DNA of 64,000 bases, taken from NCBI GenBank assembly GCA_008632985.1, contig QPGO01000154.1:1-64000 (forward strand). Direction: 5' to 3'. Position numbers and translations under genes: made by a program. Source of the DNA: Psammoneis japonica (lineage: Eukaryota). The notes under the pieces are model-generated. The model ran no database searches and was not told the origin of the DNA. It saw nothing but the letters and a program-made list of their open reading frames with translations. This document shows, one piece after another, positions 1 to 13,973 of this stretch. Within the stretch, counting starts at the first letter, position 1, and each line of letters starts with the position of its first letter.

Positions 1-59
1 GACTGTGTGTCAATCGGAAATTGGGCAGAATTTTAGACACGCAACATCACGATGACAAC

Positions 60-700
60 ACAAGAAGCAGACATGCCATGAAGACCAATCACCTCCTTCC
101 TGCAGAATGTGTTGCACACAATGCGTCTTCGATGTGTGTCACAAAAAACATGAGTGTTGTCAATTTTTGCTCCATTGTGTCTTGCTCAGAACTGGCAAAA
201 GCTCTTCTTGGCTGGTGTCACTGACAGTGTGTTGGACTTGGTGTCATTTGGCAAGTCTGCACAAGAGGTGACAGCAATTTTGTTGACCCAGCAGTCTGTC
301 AAAATCATGGATGCTGTGTCATTCATGGCTGCTCTTGGTGTCCTTGTTTGATGGACAGGAAAAGATCTCTTGGACCCAAGTTCATGCCACAACGCAGTGA
401 GCAACCCATGCACTCTGCTTGCTGCTGTGAGAATCCAATCTGTGAGGGCATTGGATGCTGTCATTTTGGCATGTTTTGTCTTCCTGTTGGCCAGATCTGG
501 GTGCATTGCTGCATGCCCCTTGGCACCCACACTGCCCACAACTGGCACAATGGCAAAGATGGATGACCCTGGATAAAAAATTGCTTGAGATGAAGAGAAA
601 GTCATGCACCCATTTCTCCTCCAAATTGCAATCCATAAAAGCATGTCCAAATGAAGTGAAAAACATCTTTGCATCTCACAAAAGAATGAGTGCTGTCAAT
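60..700 (-). mobile_element. Possible tyrosine-recombinase remnant of a DIRS/Ngaro-like retroelement
   Basis: Minus-strand 'ALTDWILTAASR...' and 'FCQF*ARHNGAKID' loosely resemble the 'LADWLILG' and 'RFQKNGDNG' stretches I recall from diatom YR elements. Highly degenerate. Confidence 0.3.
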
Positions 701-1268
701 GTCAGCTCTGCTGGGTCTTGTGCAGAACTGGCAAAAGCTCTTGGTGTCCTTGGTTTGTGTTGTGCATCCTTTTTTCTTGTGCAAGCTTGAGCAGGACAAT
801 GACACTTCCTTGCACCACAAGAAAGTCTGCTCATGTCTGCAACAGCTCACAATGCTTGTGACAGCAAAAGAGTCACATGGCGCTGGCAGCTGCTGTTGCT
901 GCACACAACAAACCAGTTCCCAAAACCCACAGATCAAACAAAGGATTTTTCAGATGTCCAAGCTTCTGCAGCTGTCGCACCTTCCACTGAAGCAGCATCA
1001 TCAACTGCCAGCTGGCAGCACATTTTTTCAATTGTTGCCTTTGCACCAAAATGTCTGCCTCATCTTAGAACAGAAATGAGTCCAGGAGGAAAAACAACAG
1101 GAGCTTTTCCACCCGGCCTGGACTGGACCCACAGCCAACAACATTGTGCACTTTGTGCAGATGAGCCTTCTTGCTGTGCTCTGATGCAAAATGCATTGCC
1201 AACATCTTGGCACAAACACCCAAAGGACCACACTCAGCAGATGACATGATTCATGACTCAAGACAATG

Positions 1269-4228
1269 CCCAAGAGTTGTGCCAACTTTTGTTGTTGCAA
1301 CAGTGCCCATCATTCTCATTGTCTTTGCCATGAATGAGTCAATGCAACAAGAGCTTGTTGGCAATCTGTGGCTGCACCAAGCAAGCACCAATCATGATTT
1401 GTTGCCACAAGCTGGCACCTTCCATCTCAAACACACCCACCTCATTGTCTGCAAAATGACTGCAATGCTGGTTTGCCGACAGCGCCCACTGCCATTGGAG
1501 CTGATCTTTTTTCTCCTTTGGCCACACTGCATGGATCACCAGGAGGATTGATGAAGGAGCACTTGTTGTTGTCATTGTTCTTTTTGCCATTGTCGCCATT
1601 GTTGTTGTTGTTGTTGTTGACCTCCTGGTGCACCAACACATTTGTCAGCATCCAATGTGGCAACATTTGTGCCATCTTGATCATGCCTTCCTTGTTCTCC
1701 TCCTCCTTGACACTGTGGTGAACATGAGGTTGGTGCAGATTGTTGAAACAACACTGGAGCAAGCCAGCTCACAGCCCCTTTCCATGCAACAAGGATGACA
1801 ACAACCCACTGATGGACGTTGCTTGATTTCTTCCATGGCTGCCACTGTTGCCACAATCATGATCAGAGTCTGCATTGCTTTCATGATTGCTGGGGCCAGT
1901 GTTGCTGCATTTTTGGTTCTTCATCTTGGCCTCTTGGGCTCAGCCTTCTTTTCAGCAATGGCAATGTGCTTGCAGCTGCTGTGACCACTGCACTGCTGCC
2001 ACTTTGACCACTCACCATGTTTGTTGTCATTGTCAGGTCCACAAAATGAAATGGCATCCTTCATCATTGTTGTTCCCAAGCAGGCAACAATGGAAAGAAG
2101 GGATGCTGAAAAGATGTGCCGCAGTTTGTTGAGGAGGGCCTTGATGCTGCACATGGGCTGGAACAAAAAAAGACAGATGAACAAAAGTCATCATCCAGTG
2201 GCATTCAAGGCAATTGAATGGCATGTCAAAAATGCCTGTGCAAGTCTGGTTTTGAACATTGGGGAGGGACACACAAGTGCTGCAACCCGGGCTGATTTGC
2301 TGCACTGCAATTGTCTCAATTGTCCATGCTGGGATTGGCTGTTGAAAGACAATGAATGAGTCGACAAAGTCTTGGAGCTGTGCAGCTGAAACTTAAATTT
2401 GAGCAACTCAGAAGACAAAAGAATTGCGCAAAGGATTGACCCTGCTTGTTCTGTTTGGAACAGATTCAGATTTGCCAGCTGGACAAAAGAGAAGTGGTTG
2501 CTCCCACTGTGGGCTCTCTGAACTGGCTCTCATCCACTGGCATTGTGTGGTTTTGTGGCTGATCATTCCAGCCACTGCTTTCTTGTTGAAAACTTTTTGT
2601 CCACTCTCACTGAACAATGTCAATAAAATGACATTCATGGTGCTCTTCAATGCTCAAACACCTGCGACTTGCATTGCAATGTGGATCACAAGGATGCAAT
2701 CAAGGCACGGAGTTAGCATCAAAGGGGGCATGCACTCCATGGGCAGCAATTGCTCCCGAAGCTCCAAGGTGTTGTGGACCCCAAGAGTTGTGTTGCCTTT
2801 CATCATGACAACAGTGCCCATCATTGTTGTCTTTGCTGTGAAAGAGTTGACACATCAAGAGCTTGTCAGCAATCTGTGGCTGTTCCAGCAAGTGAGCATC
2901 AACCACAATTTCTTGCCACAAGCTGGGCACACTCCATCTCGAACACCTCACAGTTTGCAAAATGACTGTGATGCTGGTTTGAAAATGGTGCTGAGTCTGC
3001 TTTTGCACCACATGGAGTGCAAGGAAGATTTAGCATGTTGTTGTCATTGTTGTTGTTGTTGTTGTTGTTGTTCTGTCCATGTCAGCATCCAAAGCAGCAA
3101 CAACAGTGCCATCTTGATGCCTTCCTTGCTCTTCCTCTTCTCAACTGTGGTGAACATGAGGTTGATGCAGATTGTTGAAACAACATTGGAGCAGCTCCAG
3201 CTTGTTGTCCCTCCCAAACAACAAGGATGATGACAACCCACTGAAAAACATTGCTTGATTTTTTGCATGGCTGCTGCTGCTGCCACAAGAGCTGTGATCT
3301 AAATCTGCATCCCTGCCATGACTGCTGTCATTGTTGTTGTTGCCAGGGCCAGCATTGCTGCATTTTCAGCCCTTTGTCTCAACCTTGGGCTCAGCCTCCT
3401 TTTTGGCAATGCCAATGCCCACAGAAGTGCCACAACCACTGCTGCTGCTGCTTTGGCCATGCTGCACTTGTTGTTGTCATCAGATCCATGAAATGAAACT
3501 GCATCCTTCATCATTGTTTGTCTTCAGAGAGATCACAAAATGAATGGCAAGCTTGTCCCAAAGCAGGCAACAATGAAAAAAAGGGATGCTGAAAAGATGC
3601 GCCACAGTTTCTTGAGGAGGGGGCTTGATGCCACACAGGGGGTGGGACAAAAGAAAAAAGACAGACAAACAAAAGTCATCATCCAGTGGCATTCAAGGCA
3701 ATTGGATGGCACAACAAAGAAGCCCACACAAGTCTGGTTTTGAGTGTTGGGGAGGGAGACACAAGCACTGCAACCTGGACTGATCTGCTGCCTCACAATT
3801 TGATGCTTGAATTGGCTGTTGAACAACAATGAACAAATCAACAGCGTTGGAGCCATGCATCCAAAACTTAAATTTGAGCAACTCAGAAAGCATGAGTGTT
3901 TGCACAAAGGATTGATCCTGCTTGTTTTGCTTGGAACAGAGTCAGATTTGCCAGCTGGACAAGAGAAGTGATTGCTCCCACTGTGGGGTCTCTGAGTTGG
4001 CTCTCATCCACTGGCATGTGGTTTTGTGAATGATCATTCACTGCTCTGTTGATAATTCCATGTCTGCTCTTGCCAAATGACGTCATCAAAAATGGTGGTT
4101 CATGGCACTCTTCAATGCTCAAACACCTCCTGCGACTTGTGTGGATCTCAAAGATGCAATGAAGGCATGGAGTTGGCATCAAAGGGGGCATGCTCCATGG
4201 GCAGCAATTGCTCCAAGGTGTTGTGGAC
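1269..4228. repeat. Head-to-tail tandem duplication, two ~1.5 kb copies (about 1269-2779 and 2780-4228)
   Basis: Both copies begin cccaagagttgtg and end ctccaaggtgttgtggac, and their internal segments are colinear (e.g. aaacttaaatttgagcaactcagaa at ~2389 and ~3864). Confidence 0.9.
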
Positions 4229-4229
4229 T

Positions 4230-5400
4230 GTGTGAGTGCCTCTCAGTGCAGAAGAATGGGGTGGGAGACACCACTCATGTTGGGCATCATTGTGTTGAGA
4301 AGCACGAGATTGGGTTTTGTCCCTCATGCCATGCGCAACACCACTGTCTCTTGCTTGAAGGATTGGCAGCATCTGTGTCTTGTGCAAGGGTCAAGGACCA
4401 GCAATGTGTGTGCCCCCCTGGAAAACTTCCTTTGTTGTCATCAGAAACGTGAAGACTGGATCTTCAAAGACTTGGCCGCAAAATGCATTTTCAAATGGTT
4501 TCAGAGGCTCTCTGCCAACAGTCTGGAAATTGAGAATTGCAAATGCTGAGTCACCAACGGAGCAGCGGGGTGGTGGAATCCGGCAAGCTCTGTTGGTGTG
4601 TCCATGCCAATGAAACCTGGACATTTGTTCACCCAGCTTTTTGCACTCCAACCCACTGTTGGCCATGGTCAACACACACTCAACATGCACATCCACCAAA
4701 GTGTTTGAGTGCAAATCTGGTTTTTGTTCTGCAAATCCAGCTTGGGTTGGATTTGGGATGAAAAGTCTTGTGCTCAGATGTGACACTCACGACAGAGTCA
4801 GTCAGCAGCAGTTTGAAAGACAACATGTCTTCACTTCGTCCACCACATGGGTTGTGCTGTCCCCACAACAAATTTGGCAATGCAAATTCCAGCAACTGCC
4901 GGATGCCATCTAGACCACTGTTCAGTTGATGAGGAAAGACCTTTTCTCCAGTGACAGAAATGACAAAAATTTCAAACAGCATCTGTGAAATGATTTTGTT
5001 GTTTTCATCACAAAAAGCTGTTTCTCTGCAGTTCTTTGACAGAGTGGGCATCAGGATTTGTGGTCAGAAGCACTCAAAATGATTGGAGAGAGACGGAACC
5101 CAGAAGAAGAGTTTGGTTGCCATGATCTGAATTCCTCTCTGGAGAAAAAGTTCATTGAGTGGAAATGTTCCAAGGCCTGGGAAGCTGTCTTGCCTTGCTC
5201 AGCAATGCATGTGACAAGTTTTTCAGCCATCCACATGAGAGGATGCATGTGGTCACTGACATGAGCATGGATGTTCTTTAGCAGCACAATGATCTGGACT
5301 TGATGATCCATGCCAGTGTGGTGGCCAAAGCAGCCAACAATCTCCTCAGTTTGCAGTGCCACATCTGAACTCACAAAGAGTTAACTTGTCTCAATTGAAC
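4230..5400 (-). mobile_element. Possible degenerate reverse-transcriptase fragment
   Basis: 'EIFVISVTGEKVFPHQLNSGLDGIRQLL' is weakly reminiscent of DIRS-type RT. No intact YxDD. Confidence 0.2.
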
Positions 5401-5439
5401 TTTTGAAAGTTGCCACTTGCTGATTTAAATGCTTGCACA

Positions 5440-8400
5440 CCTGCTCCACATCTGGTTGCACACAAATCCAAGATGCGTGCCAGCAAGACAAAATTTCTGT
5501 TGCTGTGGAAATTTGGACTTGTCTTGTGTTGTCAATCACTTGATGCAAGCACTGCATGCCGGTGTGCAGACAATCAAAGTTGCACATCAAACCAAGGCAC
5601 AATCTTGCATGGTGACACACAAGTTGACTCATCCAACACAATCTTGTCACCTGTCACATGTCGTTTTTACCATGGGGCTTGCCCTGCCCATCTCCATCTC
5701 ACTTGTTTTTGCAACATGAACAATGGCACCCTCCTTTGCTGTGGGAAATGGCTGTCCCCTCTTCAACACCACCTGAGAACTCATCTTCCCTGCAAACTCT
5801 CCTTTTCTCAAAGCATCCAAGCTGTTTTTTCCCATCAATCGGATGATGCTCATGGCAAACATTTGCAAATGGGAGAATCCAAAGAACCAGGGGACATTGC
5901 CACCTCTTCTGCCCTTGGCTCTTCTCCCATTGAATTTGTTGCAACAGGGCCCCACTCCAATGCTGGGCCAACTCCACAAGTTCACACACACGACTCAATC
6001 ACTGGCCATTGAGATCCAATTGTGCATTTCAACAGCACCATTCTGCCATCTGCTGATGTTGTTTCAGAGTGCCAGTTCCCAGCAGACAACAAAGAATTTG
6101 TTTCCAATCCATTTGATGAGGATGTGTTTCCTTTTGACACCAAGAGTGCTGCTGCTGCTGTTGTCAAATCAGGCTTTTTTGCTGCACTAGATCAAGTGGA
6201 GCATCTCTCCACTGACAAGGATCTTGTGGCACCCAAAGTTTGCAACAGCAAAACCATTTTTCCATGGTCCGCACATTGAATCTGGGTCACTCCAAGGGTG
6301 TCCCAATCAGTGCAACCAATGAACTTCTGAGAACTGCGCAAGAGGAATTCTTGAGTGGTGGGTTGTCCATCACCCAACAAATCGCCTCTTCTCACACTTT
6401 CATTTCAAAGCTCAAGTCAATGTTGCCCAGCGTTGTTGCTCCGGTGCTGAAGCAAGTCCCCCTTGAGTCAGAGTCCATTGTCAACCAATTCAAAAATGAC
6501 AGAGGCAGCAGTGCAAAATTCACTGTCATTTGTTCTGTGTTTGTCTTTGGTGGTGGCTCCGCAAAATGGTGAGGGATGGGAAGAGCTTGCCTTCCTGAAC
6601 TGGTCCAAGTGAAAGTGAAACTCTGCTGACATCTTGTTTGGTGATTCAATCAACAGTCCCTCTGCACAAGAACCATCAGAAGAACCGCCCATCCCCTCAG
6701 CAGATGCATGCTTTTCCCCACTGTCTGCAACGTGGACACACTTTCTTTTGTGATGCAGAGCTTTTCTCCTTGCATCTGCCTCTCTTTGTGTGGCCACCTG
6801 GGATGACAATTCCTCTGCCACCTCCCTCAATGGAGATGACAGACATTTGTCCCCATGCAAACCTGGGAGCAGCGATGCAGCGATCTTGGTCAAATGAGCA
6901 AAGCTTGGCCGGTTGGAAGTGTGCCGAGACATCCGTCCATGTCAAGAGTTCAGAATGGATGATTTGTGTCAGTGGGAGACAATCCAATGGAAGAGACCTT
7001 TTTGCAAATCAAGGCCCTCTTGCTGACATGCTGACCAGGTTGGAAATGCATGCATTGCTGAGAGATTTTGTTGTTTTTGTGATCCAGTCCTGTCGGAAGG
7101 GGAGGGAGATGAGATGCCAAGTGCAGAGCAGAACACAACAATGACATGGAACGTGAAAATGGACAATGTGGCAGCATGGAGCGGGTGCAACCCAGTGAGA
7201 AAGCTCAGTGGCACAGTTGTTGTGTTGCTTTGCGAGACATTGTGATTGCTGTTGCCATCACATGGACAGACAGTGCCACATGGGACCACAAGCCAAGTTA
7301 CAGCAGATGTCCCAAACAATGAAAAATGATCACAAATAAATGGGCAACCTGTTTTTGTGACAGCAAATTGAGCTAAATCACAAATCAGCAAAAATCAAAC
7401 AACATGATGAGGACAGAGAACATTGAAATTTTGTGCTCTGTTTCAAAAACACAAAAGACAGAAAGCTGCAGCAGTGCATGTTGTTCATTGCACAAAACAA
7501 AAGATGCACAAAAAATGCCTTGGTCATTTCATTGAGGATGCTGCATTTTTCCTGGGAGAGAATGCCTGGGCAATTGCCACATTTGCAAAATTTCGGCCCA
7601 TGCAGCTGCAACAACACAACAATTCTGAAAAAGTGGAGATGCAAATGACAGCAATGGAGACTGCTCAGTGCTTGCGTCGAATGTGCTCTGTTCCAATTGC
7701 CAACAGCGGGGCATGCTGGGCAGCCTGGAAAGCCTTGCAGAAATGGAAGGCACTGTGGAGTGCATTTATCTTGTCTCAACAGGGGAACTCTGTTGAAAAT
7801 GGATGAAGCAAACAAACAAACAAAGCAACACACAACCCCATGCTTTGCAAGAAGCAATTGAGTGCAATGGCACAATGAAAATGCAAGCATGTGACAACAG
7901 CAATCCCAGGTTCACTTTCATTCAGAGACACCGGACTGCCAAGCTCATGCGGCATTTGCACAGAGAGCACATTTCCATGTTCCAGTTGTTTGGTTTTTGC
8001 ATTGCAAGCTGGACAAAAGCAGGCCACATGTCAACTTTTGGAGCTTCAATTGTTGCACTGTGTTGGGATTTCTGGACAATCCAAGGTTTTGTGTTGGACC
8101 ATTTTTGGCAAGGTGGTTGAGCTTCAGACATGTCGATTGTGAGGAACACATGGACAAAGTCACTTTGATGCTGAGTTTGAGCCACTTAAATGTGGAGCAG
8201 TGCATCAGTGAGGGGAGACTGCTGCCTTGCGCGATTGTGGTGGCACGTGAATTGGGGGACAATGCTTGCAGATTCCCAAGAATTGAGTGTGCTCTGCCAC
8301 CTTGCAGACATGATCCATTCACAATCGGCGACAACACCATGTTGGACATGGTTCATCTGGAAGTGCACGACAGAAGAAGGGTCACCTGGCCTCATGCAGA

Positions 8401-9270
8401 CAATTGTTTTCCTCCAACAGTTGGTGGAGATGTGGGGCTTTGCAAAGGAGAAAATTGCTGGGATTGAGGGTGCACTGTGCAGGAGTCCACGCTGTCCAAG
8501 AGGGTTGCAACAGTGGATTGGATGCCAGTTGTGAGCACTTGTTCAAATTTTACAGGTGTTGGAAAGTTCCGGACATGACATTGAGGAAGGCAGAGGGGTG
8601 AGAGCAAGATGATGAGCAAGGGTCAAGACAAAAACACCAAACCCCAGCAAGCTCCAATTGCTGGAAAACCAAACCCCAGCAAGCTTTCATTGCTGTTGCG
8701 CCCTTGGCCAAACGATGCTCTGGATTGGTGGGCACAGAGGGATGGCCAAGAGCATGGGGGCCCAGATGGCAAAGCAAAGACAGGAAGTTCCAGTCGCCAG
8801 CCTCCCAAAAATGCAATGTGGAGTGTTTGGGCTGCAGCCCTTTTGGCAGCATGGCTGCAGCCCAAAAAATAAAATCAGCTTGTGATTTGAACAATCTGGC
8901 ATGCAATGAGTGGCAGCGCCATTGTTCTTCACACACATCATGCAACATAGAGTGGACGCACAATGTGAAGCTGCAAACGATGAAAACTGCCATTCAAACA
9001 AAATGCAAAATTCATCAATTGATGTTTGAAACTGAGCAATTTGAAAATTGTGAAAAATGTTGGGAACATCATCCGCATGGTTGTTGTGTTTGAATTTTCT
9101 TGTGATGCATGACAAAAAAAATTGCATCAGAACTGAGATTTCCAGCACGGTGTGCGAGAATTTTTAAATTAAAATCAAGAATTTTTTGGCATGATGGGCA
9201 AGAATGTCATGTGTGCGTTCAAACACGATGTCAGATTGTTGCCCTGCCAGATGCAATGGCAGTGATTTTA
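5440..9270 (+). mobile_element. Internally deleted copy of the composite element at 25500-37140 (Plavaka-like N-terminus, RNase H/YR remnant, subterminal region)
   Basis: Inverted homology: 5440-6500 with 37140-36290 (AALDQVEHLSTDKDLV vs AALDQVEHLSTNKDLV), 6510-9050 with 29770-27335 (GDNACRFPRIECALPP vs GDNTCRFPKIMCALPP), and 9050-9270 with 25700-25500. Confidence 0.7.
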
Positions 9271-11365
9271 TGATTCAATGTGTTTTTGAGCAGCGTGGTG
9301 AATGGCAAACACACTTCTGATTCAGACGTGTTCCAGCTCCAGGTGGGACCTCGTGCTGCTGAACTGTGACATCAATGGTTTTTTGGGTCACACCACATGT
9401 GGCGCACGCAGATGGCTGCATGTGACATGCTGCAAAATTCTTTCACACTCCCTGTTTTGCAAAGCCAAAGGCTTTCTATTTTCAACATTTGCAAGAGCAA
9501 AAATGCGCTGGGCACATTCTTCAATGTCTGCAGAACACACCCAGGCAAACTGTCAATGATGTGCTTCAAGTGTGAAGGAGGAGATGTGTTTGTTAAATTG
9601 CCTCTTTTTCTGTTGGTGATCATTTGCATTTTCATTGCTTGACAAATTTACTGTGGAGCTCGTGTGCAGAATTCTGCGAGCCAAATGTCGCACCGAGTCC
9701 CACCTGGGACTGGAGCCCATCTTCAACACAGTTTTGTGCCTTGTCCACCAAGACCACAGCCTCCTCCTTGCACTGCTCCAACTCCTCAACAAAGTTGACA
9801 CAGATTCTTGTTAAAATGTGTTCGAGTTCTTAAAGAAGCGCACATTCCTTCCTTCCCCCTCACAAGTTGACCGCCAAGCTGGCGCAGCAGCCAGCGCAGT
9901 TTTTGTTCCAGTGCCTCAGCAAGCACTGACATGAGAACTGAACAATGAGGATTCACCTTCTGAGTGATCTTGTCAATGAGTTCCTGATGTTGCACCATGA
10001 ACTGCCTGTGACCGACATCCGAGGATTCAAAAGATTCCTGCTGATGCATCGACTGCGCCTGAGCATCATGTTTTGCTTGCAAATCCATCGTCATGTTGCC
10101 AACAAAGGGTGCTTTGTTTGGTTGCATTTGAATGCCACCATCTTGCTTGCATTTGAGCATCAGCTGCAACACAGTCCTCTCCCTTGATGAATGAACATCA
10201 AGACAGGTGGGTCCTGACACCAGCTCTTCATGAGCTCCGCGAGCCATCATGCTCTGGCGAGTCGACGCATGCACACACACTGATGACACTGCATCACACG
10301 ATGGCACAGCTGAGATTGATGTGCTCTGTGAAAATTTCAATGTCGTGTCAACAGGAATCATTCGAAAATGTCGTGTGGGTCACAATTGATGTTTTGCATG
10401 AGTGAAAACACAAAATCGTGCAGAAATGCACACAAAGTCATGCGAGAGAGTGATTGGAGCTAACAACTTTTCGGGAACTGAACGGAAATGCTGTCTGATT
10501 GATGGTGTTGGCCTTCACTGTGTGAATCAAAATGCCATCAATCAGACGGCATTTCAATTGATTTCCCGAGAAGTTGACATTCACACATGGATGGATGGAC
10601 AGACTGATGACAATTGTTTTCAGTGCTCTCCTGCACAATTTCCACGTGATGACTCTCAGGACCCGAATGATTCCTGTTGCTGACAAGATGTTTCTATTTT
10701 GTTGCAGGCACTCTGCAACAGAGAGCAGTTGTTCTCTTTGTGCTTGGTTCAGATTGCAATGGGAATCTTTCGAAAATGACCCGTGACGTAAAAAGCACAA
10801 AACAGCTGTGGACACCTGCAGAATCTACACGTTTTTGTGCTGAAACTGTTATGTTCACACAATTTGTGCAAAAATAGACTTGACTGTTATCGGGTCAGGT
10901 GTATTTTTGCAAATGCATTGAAGAAAATACACCTGATCAGAAAACAGTCAAGTCCATTTTTCGCAAAGTTAAAATTCACTAAGGACAGACAGACAGACTT
11001 TTCAATAATTATCTTGGTACTGTTCTACACATTTCTACGTAAATGACTCTACAGCGCGAAAGATTGCTATTGAGATGTTTCTGCTGCAAAAAGTCTGTCC
11101 ATCGTGAGCAAGCGACAACTCATCAATCGATATTTTCAAGAACTTATAATATTTATGCTTATTAATTGCCGGAAATTCCCACCCAAATTTGTATTCATAT
11201 CTTAATTTGTCAAATTGATACTCCTACCAATGCTGATTTACGTGGCCATCTAGTACTAATGTACGCAACGGCGATCACGCACATGTATTATGTGATATTA
11301 CATCACGATGGTTTCTTAATGAACGGAGAACTGAAAAAATGTTGACCACGTAGGTTCCTACGTGC

Positions 11366-11664
11366 TACTACGAATTGCAAGACAATTGCGCGATTCACGT
11401 GCCCGAAGGGTGATTGTTGAAATTCGAGCTTCGCGCACGTAGAGCCTGTAGAAAATGTACCAGCCAGCCCGAAGCTCCGATTTTCGTAGATCACGTAGGA
11501 GAGTACCACAAGGTCATTTGATGAAATGACTGGGACCAAAATGAAAATTTTGATACCACATCATACGTAGAATTGACATCTGCGCGAAGGGAGAATGTTT
11601 CTTCGGGCAACGATATTCCACCTTCGGGCACGTGAATCGCGCAATTGTCTTGCAATTTGTAGTA
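11366..11664. mobile_element. MITE-like element, 299 bp, 44-bp terminal inverted repeats
   Basis: tactacgaattgcaagacaattgcgcgattcacgtgcccgaagg (11366-11409) is the reverse complement of 11621-11664 with 1 mismatch. The outermost TA at each end could be a TA target-site duplication. Confidence 0.8.
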
Positions 11665-12026
11665 TGTACAGATGTACTGCACAGTACCGGCATGCAACCC
11701 TGCCGCCAGCCTGACCTTGCCATGCACGCTTCTCACAGTTCACCCCTCGCGAAAATTGCCACGCACACGCAAACCCACAGACACAATGCTGACAAAGCCG
11801 TTCGGATCCGGACGTTGAACGAGAGGAGAGAGGAGAGTGTTTTGCCACGATAGATTCATAAACCAAGAACGACCAAGTCCCGGTTCCAGTTGCTCTTCTA
11901 ACGCTAAGAACGACGCTCAACTGTTCTAAATCGATTCGTATTGACGTTGTATCAACCGACGAAAAGTTTGTTGCACACACGAACACTCGATAGATCGCCG
12001 AATTCAAATCTATAATAGTACACACC

Positions 12027-13973
12027 ATGGCACGCACGCACGGTCGCCTTCGTCGCCTGCTCCGACCCAAGTCTTCGCGAGAGATGGAGAAGGCACTCCG
12101 TTCTGTGGCAATCGATTCTGTTCCATCTGAAGAAAGCACTCTCCCAGAATCAGAAGTTTGTTCCACTTCCAGCACCGGAGGTCTTTCGCAAGCGGATTCA
12201 GACGAAGACCTCTTTGAGCTATCCACCACCAACGACCCTTATGCAGATGTCCGTGAACGCATGGAAGAATTGGCAGCAGAGGACAAGGCCATGTTTGCCA
12301 ATCACGACGCTACAAAAGAAGCAGAAGCGCATCACGCTGCAGAGCCTTCGATCCCGTCCTTTGCTGCGTACACAACCTATCTCGGTTACGCTGTGTTGAT
12401 TATCTGCGGGCACATTCGTGACATTTGCGCTCGCATCATTCGAACCGGCCGTTATCTTCGTCGTCATACGGACTTTCCCAGTGACGACCTGACCAAGTAC
12501 GCGACTCTGCTCAAGAGCTGGGAGAACTTTTACACGAGGCGACTCTATCACCGAATTCAGGACTGCTTTAACCGTCCCATTGCTTCGAGACCTGGTGCCC
12601 ACATTCAAGTGCTGGAGCGTGTCTCTGCGGATGGAAACAAAACCATGGAGCTGCTGGGGCAGCTCGATAACCTTGAGACGGAGCAGCAGAGACGAGAGTA
12701 CTCGGAGGGATCGCATTTTCATACAGTTTCTGAAGGTCGTGTGGCGAGGTCTTGCCTCAACTTGGGTAGTTACAACTACCTTGGTTTTGCCGACGACTGG
12801 GATATCACTTGCCGAAACGACGTCATGGGCTCTCTCAAGCAACTCCCGGTTAGCACAGGCTCTAGCAGAATTGAATTCGGAACAACGGCCTTGCACCGCG
12901 AGGTGGAGGAACTGGTGGCTGGCTTTTTAGGAAAGGAGGATGCCATGGTACTCAATATGGGGTTCAACACGAATGCCACCACGATCCCGGCGCTTGTATC
13001 GAGGGGTGATTTGCTCATTTCGGACGCACTCAATCACACGAGCATTGTGAATGGTGCTCGCGCTTCGGGTGCGTCTATTCGTACGTTCCGCCACAATGAC
13101 ATGACTCACTTGGAAAAGATTCTCCGCGAAGCCATTGTCATGGGAATGCCCCGAACAAGACGTCCCTGGAACAAGATTCTTGTCATTGTGGAAGGAATAT
13201 ACTCCATGGAGGGCGAATACTGTGACTTGAAGAATGTCGTTCGCATTTGCAAAAAGTACGGTGCCTACATTTACCTCGATGAAGCCCATTCGATTGGCGC
13301 CATGGGACCAACTGGACGAGGCTGCGCTGAGTACACAGGAGTCAACTCGGATGACATTGATATCATGATGGGCACCTTTACAAAGAGCTTTGGTGGCATG
13401 GGCGGGTACATTGCCGGAAACAAGGACGTGATTTCCTTTCTGAGGCGGAAATGTGCTGGTAGCTCATACCACAACTCGCTTAGTCCAGTGGTTTGTCAAC
13501 AGATTATCTCCAGCTTCAAGGTATGTGTCATGATTCTGTGTTGTATGCGACTACTGTGATTATGATTTTCGCGTTGACTAACTAAATTTGTTTATCCACG
13601 TTTTCAGGTCATTATGGGACAAGACGGTACCAATATCGGAAAGCAGAAGCTCCAGGCACTTCGCGATAACTCCAACTACTTTCGCATGCGTCTGACAGAC
13701 ATGGGCCTTCACGTTCTCGGCCACTATGACTCACCCATTATGCCCGTCATGTTGTACAACCCCACAAAGATTGCTGCGTTTTCCCGCGAGTGTCTCAAGC
13801 GAGGACTTGCCGTGGTTGTCGTGGGTTTCCCTGCCGTTCCCATTCTCATGTCGCGGGCCAGGTTCTGCATCTCGGCTGGGCATACCCGAGAGGACTTGGA
13901 CAGGGCTCTCCACGAGATTGATGAAATTGCAGATATCCTCAAACTGAGGTATGCTCGTTCTACGTTTGGCTGA
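12027..13973 (+). CDS. LCB2: Serine palmitoyltransferase catalytic subunit (LCB2/SPTLC2); exons 12027-13520 and 13608-13973
   Basis: [27 protein letters not shown] and PLP-lysine motif [12 protein letters not shown] intron 13521-13607 with ctaac branch site keeps the frame. Confidence 0.95.

Larger units (their letters stand above)
1..10850. other. CpG- and TpA-depleted, TG/CA-enriched block of decayed transposon DNA (block 1)
   Basis: Hand count in 1-600: 2 TA and 6 CG. ORFs are Cys/His-rich and almost Tyr-free. TA returns at about 10850-10890. Confidence 0.9.

Noticed and set aside
149..745. ~60-bp repeat at 149-210 and 687-745 as a CRISPR-like array
   Set aside because: Only two diverged copies, no spacer periodicity, eukaryotic context.
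2200..2320. 'ISPGCSTCVSLPNVQNQTCTG' as a P2X7 C-terminal-like transposon-associated domain
   Set aside because: Similarity is too short and degenerate to call without an HMM search.
9300..10780. Protein-like fragments at the end of block 1 as a second mutated host gene
   Set aside because: Plausible, but I recognise no motif, so no product can be supported.
1..10850. Dense overlapping Cys/His/Trp-rich ORFs in all six frames (also 24.6-38.2 kb and 41.4-44.1 kb) as novel metal-binding proteins or an alternative genetic code
   Set aside because: Loss of TA removes TAA/TAG stops and Tyr codons and inflates TGY/CAY codons, so ORFs arise on both strands. Flanking genes use the standard code.
12219..12896. 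Antisense ORFs over LCB2 and other intact genes
   Set aside because: Shadows of real coding frames with no independent motifs.
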